Of a stretch of 36,286 bases of DNA, positions 1 to 8,540 are shown in pieces. The stretch spans positions 1 to 36,286 of the forward strand of contig DERU01000094.1 in the NCBI GenBank assembly GCA_002361095.1. The letters run 5' to 3'. How positions within the stretch are numbered: position 1 is the stretch's first letter; each line of letters begins with the position of its first letter. The DNA is from Lachnospiraceae bacterium UBA3332 (lineage in GTDB: Bacteria > Bacillota > Clostridia > Lachnospirales > Lachnospiraceae). Position numbers and translations under genes: made by a program. The notes below the pieces were generated by a model. It saw only the letters and a list, made by a program, of their open reading frames with translations. It ran no database searches and was not told the origin of the DNA.

Positions 1-109
1 CGTCCGCGCCTTCCCCGCCGTCTGCTCCCCAGTTTGGCCCAGGCCCTTCCCCACCCCGTGAAGAGTAACCCTGGAGTAGACTTTGCCGGTAACATTCCAA
101 AAATTCTGC

Positions 110-138
110 TTGCATATTCCAAAATTTTCGGATAAAAT
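110..138 (+). promoter_or_regulatory. sigmaA-type promoter for tRNA-Ser
   Basis: TTGCAT (110-115), 17 bp, TAAAAT (133-138), 10 nt before the tRNA 5' end. Confidence 0.65.
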
Positions 139-148
139 AAGAAAGTGT

Positions 149-234
149 GGAGAAGTACCCAAGTGGCTGAAGGGTCCGGCTTCGAACACCGGTAGGCTGT
201 AACAGGCGCGAGGGTTCAAATCCCTCCTTCTCCG
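149..234 (+). tRNA. tRNA-Ser (anticodon CGA), type II with variable arm, CCA not encoded
   Basis: Acceptor GGAGAAG/CTTCTCC plus G discriminator; D-arm AAGTGG; anticodon CGA at 183-185; T-arm GAGGG-TTCAAAT-CCCTC. Confidence 0.93.
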
Positions 235-240
235 TCCTTT

Positions 241-277
241 AAAAGCTGTTGCGTTATTATGACGCATCAGCTTTTTT
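241..277. terminator. Bidirectional intrinsic terminator between tRNA and convergent yhhN-like gene
   Basis: AAAAGCTG-TTGCGT...ACGCA-TCAGCTTTT hairpin with A-run before and T-run after. Confidence 0.7.
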
Positions 278-397
278 ATACGACAGGAATTTACATTTCC
301 TACCGTATAAAAAAGGCGGTGATGCGTACGGGCGCGTGAGCAAAAAGCTGCCTGGCGGCAACCGCACACGGCGGAAAACCGTATCATAGAGAACTTC

Positions 398-1051
398 TCA
401 CAATCCGCCATGAAACAGCCCTCCCGCCGCGATCAGGTAGACTGCCAGATAGTAAAAGAACATGACCGCATAATCCCCCGCCCTCCCTTTGTCCTGCGTC
501 CGAAGCCTTTTCACCAAAAGATTATCGGACAGAAAAAAGCAAACCGCCCCCACTGCCGTCATCAGACTCCCCTGCCCCGGCCTCTGACAGGCAAACAAAA
601 CCGCCATGGCCGTCATACTGCTCAGCAAAATACAATACAGCCATTCCACCCATCCTACTTTTTCCAATGCGGCTTTTCCCCGGCAATGCACAAAATACAT
701 GGAAGCCGCCAACACTGCGACAGCCAGTACCCATGCAGGCACGATTCTTACTTTCGTTCCATAAGCTGCCATATAAAACAAATGTCCAATACCAAAAACT
801 ACCGCTCCTGCCGAAAAATTCATTCCCAGTACCACATCTGCCACCGCGCAGCACAAAGTGGCGAGACAAATTAACCAGGCAAACCATCCCCCAAAAGCAA
901 CGCCCGCCCACACGGAAATGCAAAAAGCCACACACGTTGTCCCGCCTTTTAAGCCCAGGGCAAAAAGACGGTCCCTATCTTTTTGCGCCATGTAAAGGCT
1001 TCCTGTCACAAACATCAAAACCGCCGCTCCCGCCAATACCGTTGTTCTCAT
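398..1051 (-). CDS. YhhN/lysoplasmalogenase-family membrane protein
   Basis: 217 aa, multiple TM helices, motifs LK, ADVVL, FGIGHLFY, FFLSD, YYLA. Confidence 0.8.
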   Translation of the reverse strand: MRTTVLAGAAVLMFVTGSLYMAQKDRDRLFALGLKGGTTCVAFCISVWAGVAFGGWFAWLICLATLCCAVADVVLGMNFSAGAVVFGIGHLFYMAAYGTKVRIVPAWVLAVAVLAASMYFVHCRGKAALEKVGWVEWLYCILLSSMTAMAVLFACQRPGQGSLMTAVGAVCFFLSDNLLVKRLRTQDKGRAGDYAVMFFYYLAVYLIAAGGLFHGGL

Positions 1052-1191
1052 TCTTCACTCCTTTTCCGCGCGGCTTTATTGCACAAAGCCATACATGGCT
1101 TACGAGTTTGCGGATGCCGCGCAGGCACAAACTTATATACTCCTTTTTATATTCATCATAACCAAGTCCCCTGCACTTGTACAGAAAAATA

Positions 1192-1240
1192 TTGACGTCG
1201 GCAGATTTTCGTTGTATGTTAAATGTAAGCGCTTACATTT
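1192..1240 (+). promoter_or_regulatory. sigmaA promoter of uxaAB with LacI-family/cre operator over the +1 region
   Basis: TTGACG (1192-1197), 17 bp, TATGTT (1215-1220); perfect palindrome AAATGTAAGCGCTTACATTT (1221-1240). Confidence 0.8.
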
Positions 1241-1262
1241 TTAGGAAAGGAATTCTGCCGCC

Positions 1263-2744
1263 ATGAAAACGTTCCTCAAAATACACCCAAACGATACGGT
1301 GGCCGTTGCCTTAGAGCCCCTGCCGGGTAAAACCGTCCTTTGCATCGGCCCAAATTCTCTTACCTTAAAAGAGGATATCCCGGCAGGGCATAAATTTGCC
1401 CTTCTGCCCATTGCGCAGGGCGAGCCGGTTATCAAATACGGATTTCCTATCGGCCATGCCACACAACCGATTTCTCCCGGCTCCTGGGTACACACCCATA
1501 ATCTGAAAACCGGTCTGGAAAATACGGTTTCCTACACCTATCGTCCACAGCTTTCCCCTGTTCCCTCCATCCCGGCACGCACCTTCCAAGGGTTCCGGCG
1601 CAGCGGCAAAAAAGCGGGCGTCCGAAATGAGATTTGGATTATACCCACCGTCGGCTGCGTCAACAACGTTGCCACCGCACTTGCCCAAAAAGCCCAGGCA
1701 TACAAACGGGGAACCGTTGACGCCATCGCCGCTTTCCCCCATCCCTACGGCTGTTCCCAAATGGGCGGCGACCAGGAATGCACCCGTCAGATTCTCGCCG
1801 ACCTGGTGAATCATCCCAATGCCGGCGGCGTGCTGGTGCTTGGTCTTGGCTGTGAAAACAGCGGCGTGGATGTATTGAAAACGTACATCGGGCCCTATGA
1901 CGAAAACCGCGTCAAATTTCTGGTCTGTCAGGATGCGGAAAACGAACTGGAAGAAGGACTGGCCCTGCTCAGAGAACTGGTTTCCTACGCAGGCGGCTTT
2001 CACAGGGAGCCTATCAGCTGCAGCGAATTGATCGTCGGATTAAAATGCGGCGGTTCCGACGGCTTTTCCGGCATTACCGCCAACCCTGTAACCGGACGCT
2101 TTTCCGACTCCCTGATCGCCATGGGCGGTACGGCCATCTTAACGGAAGTACCGGAAATGTTCGGCGCAGAAACCCTGCTGATGAACCGGTGCGCAGACGA
2201 GACTTTATTTGAAAAAACAGTGACACTGATCAACGACTTCAAAAACTATTTTACCGCCCACCACCAAACCGTTTATGAGAACCCCTCCCCCGGCAACAAA
2301 AAAGGCGGGATTTCCACGCTGGAAGACAAATCCCTGGGCTGTGTCCAAAAATCCGGCTGCACCCCGGTGCGCGGCGTCCTCCCCTACGGGGCGCCGGTGC
2401 GTGACAGGGGGCTAAACCTCCTGAGCGCACCGGGAAACGATCTCGTTGCTTCTACCGCTCTGGCAGCCTCCGGCGCACATATCGTCCTTTTTACCACCGG
2501 CAGGGGAACCCCCTTTGCCTGTCCGGTTCCCACCGTCAAAATTTCCAGCAACACGGCGCTGTACACACACAAAAAAAACTGGATCGATTTTGACTGCGGC
2601 CCTTTGACGGAGGGAAAATCCCTGTCCCTTCTCGCCGATGAACTGTTGGATTTTGTACTCCGTGTGGCCGGAGGACAAAAAGTGAAATCCGAAGAAGCCG
2701 GTTTTCATGACATGGCAATTTTTAAGCAAGGCGTAACTTTATAA
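1263..2744 (+). CDS. uxaA: Altronate dehydratase
   Basis: 493 aa; N-terminal SAF domain (IPAGHKFAL, VHTHNL), GVRNEIWIIPTVGC, HPYGCSQ, KCGGSDG, ENPSPGNKKGG, FTTGRG. Confidence 0.95.
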   Translation: MKTFLKIHPNDTVAVALEPLPGKTVLCIGPNSLTLKEDIPAGHKFALLPIAQGEPVIKYGFPIGHATQPISPGSWVHTHNLKTGLENTVSYTYRPQLSPVPSIPARTFQGFRRSGKKAGVRNEIWIIPTVGCVNNVATALAQKAQAYKRGTVDAIAAFPHPYGCSQMGGDQECTRQILADLVNHPNAGGVLVLGLGCENSGVDVLKTYIGPYDENRVKFLVCQDAENELEEGLALLRELVSYAGGFHREPISCSELIVGLKCGGSDGFSGITANPVTGRFSDSLIAMGGTAILTEVPEMFGAETLLMNRCADETLFEKTVTLINDFKNYFTAHHQTVYENPSPGNKKGGISTLEDKSLGCVQKSGCTPVRGVLPYGAPVRDRGLNLLSAPGNDLVASTALAASGAHIVLFTTGRGTPFACPVPTVKISSNTALYTHKKNWIDFDCGPLTEGKSLSLLADELLDFVLRVAGGQKVKSEEAGFHDMAIFKQGVTL

Positions 2745-2791
2745 GGAGAGGAAACTTGAGTGCCCGCCACAGCGGGCAGATGGGAGCAAAC

Positions 2792-4306
2792 ATGAAACGA
2801 TTATCTTACGCAACGCTGCAGGAGCAGCATTACAAAGGCTATCTGCTGCCTGTTGCCCCCGTAAAGGCATTACAGTTCGGCGAAGGAAATTTCCTGCGGG
2901 CCTTTGTAGATTCTTTCCTGGATATCTTAAATGAAAAAGCCGGATTCTGCGGCAAAGTAACCGTGGTACAGCCCCGTCCCGCCCGCGTCCGTCCCGGTAT
3001 GCGGGAATATTTGAATGAACAGGAGGGACTTTATACGCTGTATCTGCGCGGTCTTTTTGCAGGTAAAAAGGTCAGTGAAAAACGCGTTATCTCCTGTATA
3101 GACCGGTGTCTCAATGCCTGCGACGACTTTGCCAGTCTGATGGAATGTGCCGAAAATCCGCATCTGCGCTACATTTTCAGCAATACCACGGAAGCCGGTA
3201 TCGTTTATGACCCCTCCTGCTCTTTTGCCGACGCCCCGGCTTCCAGTTTTCCCGGAAAACTCACCCAGTTCCTATACCGCCGGTTCCAACGGTTCGGAAA
3301 AGAAAAAGGGAAAGGATTTATCCTTCTGCCCTGCGAACTCATTGATGATAACGGAAAAGTCCTGAAAGACTGCGTGCTAAAATATGCCGTGCAATGGCAG
3401 TTGGGGAAGGAATTTACCCGCTGGATAGAAGAAGAAAACCTCTTCTGCTCCACGCTGGTGGATCGCATCGTAACCGGCTATCCCAAAGACGAAGCTTTTG
3501 CCTTGTGCGAGGAAAACGGTTATGAAGATAAAGCCCTGACCGCCGGAGAGGTTTTCGGCTTCTGGGTTATCGAAGGCCCGCAATGGCTGCAGAATGAGCT
3601 GCCCTTCGAAAAAGCCGGTCTCCCCGTCCTTTTCACCACTGACCACAGGCCTTACAAGCAGCGGAAGGTACGCATCCTAAACGGCGCGCATACGGCCATG
3701 GCCATGGGGGCTTACCTGGCGGGACAAGATATCGTCCGGGACTGTATGGCAGACGATGTAATCTGCGGATTCATGCGCAAAGCGGTTTATACGGAAATCA
3801 TTCCCACCCTCACACTGCCCAAGGATGCGTCGGAACGCTTTGCGCAAGCCGTCGCCGAACGGTTTCAAAACCCGTTTATCGATCATGCCCTTTTATCCAT
3901 CTCCCTAAACTCCACCTCCAAATGGCGGACAAGGATACTGCCCAGCCTGAAAGCTTATCTGCAAAATACAGGGAAACTGCCAGTCTGCCTGACCGCCTCC
4001 TTTGCCCTTTATATTGCATTTTACTGTGGAACCGAACTGACCGGAGACGGCCTTTTTGCTGCCCGGACGGACGGATGCCGCTACACCGTTTCCGATGACG
4101 AAAATGTCTTAGCGTTTTATTTTGCGCACCGGGGGGAATCCCCCCGCGAACTGGTTTATGCGGTCTGTAAAAATACGGATTTCTGGGAGGAGGATTTGAC
4201 GCGGCTGGACGGATTTGCAGATGCCGCCGCCAAATTATTGGAGAAAACAAAAACAGAAGGCGCCTATGCCGTTATGAAGAGTTGTATTGAAACCCAAACC
4301 TGTTAA
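2792..4306 (+). CDS. uxaB: Tagaturonate reductase (altronate oxidoreductase)
   Basis: QFGEGNFLRAFVD, SNTTEAGI, PCELI, VDRIVTGYP, KVRILNGAHT, RFQNPF; start set at ATG 2792 after GGAG. Confidence 0.93.
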   Translation: MKRLSYATLQEQHYKGYLLPVAPVKALQFGEGNFLRAFVDSFLDILNEKAGFCGKVTVVQPRPARVRPGMREYLNEQEGLYTLYLRGLFAGKKVSEKRVISCIDRCLNACDDFASLMECAENPHLRYIFSNTTEAGIVYDPSCSFADAPASSFPGKLTQFLYRRFQRFGKEKGKGFILLPCELIDDNGKVLKDCVLKYAVQWQLGKEFTRWIEEENLFCSTLVDRIVTGYPKDEAFALCEENGYEDKALTAGEVFGFWVIEGPQWLQNELPFEKAGLPVLFTTDHRPYKQRKVRILNGAHTAMAMGAYLAGQDIVRDCMADDVICGFMRKAVYTEIIPTLTLPKDASERFAQAVAERFQNPFIDHALLSISLNSTSKWRTRILPSLKAYLQNTGKLPVCLTASFALYIAFYCGTELTGDGLFAARTDGCRYTVSDDENVLAFYFAHRGESPRELVYAVCKNTDFWEEDLTRLDGFADAAAKLLEKTKTEGAYAVMKSCIETQTC

Positions 4307-4326
4307 AAATCCCGGGCGCGCATATT

Positions 4327-4361
4327 TATAGGGAACGGCAAAAAAATTACCGCTCCCTATA
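4327..4361. terminator. Hairpin between convergent uxaB and esterase
   Basis: TATAGGGAACGG...CCGCTCCCTATA inverted repeat. Confidence 0.55.
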
Positions 4362-4418
4362 GCATGCTGCCCGTAAAAATCATCCATAACCATGCAGGAT
4401 CACAATGGTATCGTCCCG

Positions 4419-5225
4419 TCATTCCAAATCCAGCTTCATTCCCAGCCACCACTGGAGCACATCCTTGATTTTCTCATCCCAATATTTCCACTGATGATCT
4501 CCCGCAGACTCATAGCAGGTCAGGTCATAGCCCAGCTTCCTGACATACTCCCATGCCCGCAGATTTCCCTGATACAAAAAATCCTCCGTACCGCACCAGG
4601 CAAAAAGGCGGGGCCGCTTTTCTTTATCGGCAGCCAGCCGGTCCGCCAGCGCTAGCAGATCGTTTTCAGAACCCTCCAGCTGTGCTGCGCTTCCGAATAT
4701 TCCCGCAAACAACGGAACCACCCGCTCATTTTCTTTCTCGTTGCGCTTATAATCCTCCACAATATCCAAAGCCCCGGACAAAGATGCCGCCGCGCCGAAG
4801 GTCTCACCCGCCCCAAGCCCCAGCTTCCACGCGCCGTAACCGCCCATGGACAGTCCTGCCGCCAGCGTATCTTCCCTCTTATCGGACATGCGCGGGAAAA
4901 ATTCCCTGCAGATGCGCGGCAATTCTTCCGAAATATAAGTCCAGTACTTCATTCCGTAAGTCGTATCCGTATAAAACGCCAAATGCGTCGTGGGCATTAC
5001 CACCGCCACCCCCAGCTTGCTCACATAACGCTCAATGGAGGTCCTGCGCTGCCAGATCGTCTGGTCATCGCTCATCCCGTGCAGCAGGTACATCGTTTTA
5101 TACTGCCCGTCGGAAGCCTTTCCCTCCATACCGATCTGCCCGTTGGTTTGCTGGGGCAGGATTACATCCATATCCATACACATTCCCAATACATCCGAAA
5201 AAAACTGTACATGCAGTAACGCCAT
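4419..5225 (-). CDS. Alpha/beta-hydrolase esterase (CE1/tributyrin esterase-like)
   Basis: YLLHG, nucleophile GLSMGG, CGTEDFL, GDHQW catalytic His. Confidence 0.88.
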   Translation of the reverse strand: MALLHVQFFSDVLGMCMDMDVILPQQTNGQIGMEGKASDGQYKTMYLLHGMSDDQTIWQRRTSIERYVSKLGVAVVMPTTHLAFYTDTTYGMKYWTYISEELPRICREFFPRMSDKREDTLAAGLSMGGYGAWKLGLGAGETFGAAASLSGALDIVEDYKRNEKENERVVPLFAGIFGSAAQLEGSENDLLALADRLAADKEKRPRLFAWCGTEDFLYQGNLRAWEYVRKLGYDLTCYESAGDHQWKYWDEKIKDVLQWWLGMKLDLE

Positions 5226-5256
5226 CCCGTAACCCTCCTGTTTTTATATTCGTTTC

Positions 5257-6477
5257 CTACTTCTTTTCGTTCCCTCTGCCGCTATATCGTCTTCCCCCCG
5301 CAGCCACAGGAGCCCCTTCCTTTTGGTAAGATCTTTGGGGTTTTCTTTTTCCGGCCGGCCTGGCATTCCTCTCGTTCACGTCAGCAGCCAAAAGTTTATA
5401 AACCGCCGCCGCCGTCGGCACGCCCAAAAGCATACCCGGAATCCCCAAAAGTCCGCCGCCTACCGTGACGGCCGCAAGCACCCAGATCCCCGGAAGTCCG
5501 ATGGAACTGCCCACTACCTTCGGGTAAATCAGATTGCCCTCCAGCTGCTGCAGCACGACGATGAAGACGATAAACAAAGCGGCCTTTATGGGATCCTGTG
5601 TCATTATCATAATCACGCCCACCGCCGCACCCAGATAGGCCCCCACTATGGGAATGAGCGCCGTCGCCCCGATAAACGCGCCGATCATCGGCGCATAGGG
5701 AAACCTACACAAAAACATTCCCACTGTGCAAAGCGTCCCCAAAATCACCGCTTCGGTCATCTGCCCGATAATAAAACTGGAAAACGCCTGATCCGCCGTA
5801 GAGAGAATCCGCCTTCCGGTCTTCCTCCACCTTGGTTTCACATAGGCGCGTACAATCCTTTTTCCCTGATCTGACAACTTTTCCTTGTTGCTCAATATAT
5901 AAATGGCAAAAATCAGCGCAATCACAAAATGAATCACACTGTTGACCACACTGCTCACAATCGAAACCGTAGAATTCAGTACCCCGCCGACTCCCGCTTT
6001 GAGATAATTCAAAACATTCTGCCCCAAACCGTTCCAATCAATCTGCAGACTGTCCAATTCTTCCGCAATCCCCGGAAAAATCTCCGCATTGGCAGACAGC
6101 CAGTCCGTCGCCTGTTCAAACAATACCGGAATGCCTGCGCCGATAATGCCGATCGCCTGTACCAGTTCCGGCACCACCAGCTGGAATACCAGATAGATAA
6201 CCGCCACGATCAAAATCAACGACAATACAATGCATACCGGCCTTCTCGTCTTTTGTGCCAGGCCTTTCTGTGCTTTCGGGAAATAAAGGCGTTCCAGCGC
6301 CCGCATGATAATATTGAGTACATACGCAATCACACATCCCATGGTAAGCGGAACCGCAATTTCCCATAGCTTTCCCGCCGCTCCAAGAAGGACGTCAAAA
6401 TACCGGATACACAATACCAGCGCCGCCGCGAGAAAAAAATATTTCACTACACGCAGATCCATTTTCCTGTTTTCCAT
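5257..6477 (-). CDS. AI-2E family transporter (PerM-like)
   Basis: Multi-TM; IPIVGAYLG, QQLEGNLIYPKVVG, GGGLLGIPGMLLGVP. Confidence 0.9.
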   Translation of the reverse strand: MENRKMDLRVVKYFFLAAALVLCIRYFDVLLGAAGKLWEIAVPLTMGCVIAYVLNIIMRALERLYFPKAQKGLAQKTRRPVCIVLSLILIVAVIYLVFQLVVPELVQAIGIIGAGIPVLFEQATDWLSANAEIFPGIAEELDSLQIDWNGLGQNVLNYLKAGVGGVLNSTVSIVSSVVNSVIHFVIALIFAIYILSNKEKLSDQGKRIVRAYVKPRWRKTGRRILSTADQAFSSFIIGQMTEAVILGTLCTVGMFLCRFPYAPMIGAFIGATALIPIVGAYLGAAVGVIMIMTQDPIKAALFIVFIVVLQQLEGNLIYPKVVGSSIGLPGIWVLAAVTVGGGLLGIPGMLLGVPTAAAVYKLLAADVNERNARPAGKRKPQRSYQKEGAPVAAGGRRYSGRGNEKK

Positions 6478-6486
6478 TAACGCCTC

Positions 6487-7233
6487 CTACCCCTCCCCGC
6501 CGGGCAATCTTTTTTTACTCTCATGCCATGCATTTTCTCCGCCTTTCGCTGCGGACACCGTTTCCGTTTTCTCCTTTTTCCGGTCGATCATCCTGCGTAT
6601 ATCCTGCATCCGGCGGTCCACATGGCAAATAGCGTCCGCACAACTCTTTAGCTCCTTCGCTACAACTTCGGCGTTTTCTATATCCTGCTTGTATTTCATC
6701 TTATGTTCCAGACTTGCCCAAAAATCCATGGCAATCGTCCGAAACTGCACTTCCGCCCGCATATGCTTTTTTCCCCCGGATAAAAAAATCGGGATCCCCA
6801 ATATCAGGTGCAGGCTGCGGTAGCCGTTGGGTTTCGGACTTGCGATATAGTCCTTGATCTCCACAACAACAATATCATCCTGTCTGGTCAATACCGTAGC
6901 CAGGCTGTAAATATCCTCCAAAAAAGAACAAATCACACGGACTCCGGCCACATCGGAAAGATATTTTTCAATATTTTCCGGAGTCAGTTCCCAGCCCTTG
7001 CGCTGCATTTTTTCCACAATGCTGTGGGGGGATTTCAGTCTGGTTTTAATACTTTCAATTGGGTTGCGGTTATGCCGAAGGGAAAATTCCGTATTCAAAA
7101 CGTGAAATTTGGTTTCCAGTTCCAAAATCGCGCAGCGGTACTGCATCATAAGATTTTGAAATCTCTGATCTTCAAAAAATATTTCTTCCGGATATTCCTT
7201 TTCTTTTATCCTGCTCTCCGTATTCTCTGCCAT
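6487..7233 (-). CDS. Small alarmone (p)ppGpp synthetase (RelP/RelQ family)
   Basis: RLKSPHSI, DVAGVRVIC, KPNGYRSLH, EVQFRTIAMDFWASLEH; synthetase domain only; GAGGAG before ATG 7233. Confidence 0.92.
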   Translation of the reverse strand: MAENTESRIKEKEYPEEIFFEDQRFQNLMMQYRCAILELETKFHVLNTEFSLRHNRNPIESIKTRLKSPHSIVEKMQRKGWELTPENIEKYLSDVAGVRVICSFLEDIYSLATVLTRQDDIVVVEIKDYIASPKPNGYRSLHLILGIPIFLSGGKKHMRAEVQFRTIAMDFWASLEHKMKYKQDIENAEVVAKELKSCADAICHVDRRMQDIRRMIDRKKEKTETVSAAKGGENAWHESKKRLPGGEG

Positions 7234-7324
7234 AGCAGACTCCTCTTGCTCCATAAGGCAACGGCCGCAAAACCGGCCGTTACCCCCGTAATTCCCGGCT
7301 GACTGTACACCTCAAAGCCGTTTG

Positions 7325-8275
7325 TCACAATTTCAACCCTTTGAGCAAATCCCCCAGAGAAGTCCCGACGGATTTTCCGGAACTGTACTCTGCCGCTTGC
7401 CTTTCCTCAATCGCATCCGGTTCCCCTCTCTCTGCGGCAGCCTTGATGCTCAGACTAATCTTATTATTCGCCGTGTTGAGTACTTTCACACGCACCTTAT
7501 CGCCTACTGCCAAAACCTCCGACGGCTTGCCAAGCCTCTTTTGGCTGATCTGCGAAATATGGACAAGACCGCTTAATCCGTCCCCCAAATCCACAAACGC
7601 GCCATAAGGCATCAGGCTTTCCACGCGTCCTTCCAGCACACTGCCAGGCACAATCATGGAGATCTTGTGGTTTAACCGCTCCGCTTCCCTTTCTTTGAGC
7701 AGATCCTTTGCGGAAAATACGAGACGCTTTTTCTCTTTATCCACCGTAATCACATAAACGTCCAGCGTTTTCCCCATAAAAGTGTTTAAATCCTCCACAT
7801 AATTTAACGCAAGCTGGGAAGCGGGAATAAACCCGCGAATCCCCTCCAGGAACGCGACCACGCCTTTGTTTACCACTTCGCTGACCTTGACGGTTACCGC
7901 TTTCTTTTCCTCCAAATATTGCTGAACCTTGTCCCAGCCAACGGTCTGGGCCGCTTCCACGCAGGAAAGCGCAATGTTGCCTGCGCCGTCGTCCTTCTTT
8001 ATGACGGTGCCCTCCAGCCTGTCGCCCACCTTCACGTCCGTCAGAACGGAAAACGCAGGGTCTTTGCTGATATCCTCCGTCCGGATAACGCCCGGCGCAT
8101 AATAACCAAGATCCAGCGTGACGCCCTCTTCGTTCACGTCGATTACCGTGCCTGCGATCAGATCCCCTTCGTTTATCGTGCGGAAGGATGCCTCCAGCTC
8201 CTTGCTGTAATCCTCCATGGTTTCCGTTGTGCCTGTCTCATTGGCATCCGCAATTCCTTTTTTGATTTCTTCCAT
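7325..8275 (-). CDS. S1 RNA-binding domain protein (short ribosomal protein S1-like, 3 S1 repeats)
   Basis: GIRGFIPASQL, YGAFVDLG...GLVHISQIS, C-terminal SLGDLL tail; AAGGAGG before ATG 8275. Confidence 0.88.
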   Translation of the reverse strand: MEEIKKGIADANETGTTETMEDYSKELEASFRTINEGDLIAGTVIDVNEEGVTLDLGYYAPGVIRTEDISKDPAFSVLTDVKVGDRLEGTVIKKDDGAGNIALSCVEAAQTVGWDKVQQYLEEKKAVTVKVSEVVNKGVVAFLEGIRGFIPASQLALNYVEDLNTFMGKTLDVYVITVDKEKKRLVFSAKDLLKEREAERLNHKISMIVPGSVLEGRVESLMPYGAFVDLGDGLSGLVHISQISQKRLGKPSEVLAVGDKVRVKVLNTANNKISLSIKAAAERGEPDAIEERQAAEYSSGKSVGTSLGDLLKGLKL

Positions 8276-8381
8276 TTTAAAAAGTCCTCCTTTGCTGTCT
8301 TCCGGCGGCAATCCTACCTGATCGAACGATTGCCATATCAAGCATACCACGAATACACCCGAATTTCCACAGGGATTTTCA

Positions 8382-8410
8382 TTGTCATGGGACAGAAACT
8401 GTAGTATGAT
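8382..8410 (+). promoter_or_regulatory. sigmaA-type promoter of the GH109 gene
   Basis: TTGTCA (8382-8387), 17 bp, TATGAT (8405-8410). Confidence 0.6.
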
Positions 8411-8540
8411 GGTAACAGTTCAGACATGTCTGTGCATTTCCTGCGCAGACCATGCAAAAACGGCACGGTTGCCATATGTACCGTCCAAGATAAAACATCA
8501 CGGCCGTCAGGCAGCCGTCCATGTAAGGGGGAATGAATTT

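Noticed and set aside
149-400. tRNA as integration site of an island
   Set aside because: No integrase and no duplicate of the tRNA 3' end seen in the window.
6487-7233. Toxic small alarmone synthetase (toxSAS) module
   Set aside because: Sequence looks like housekeeping RelP/RelQ, with no adjacent antitoxin-like gene or mobile context.
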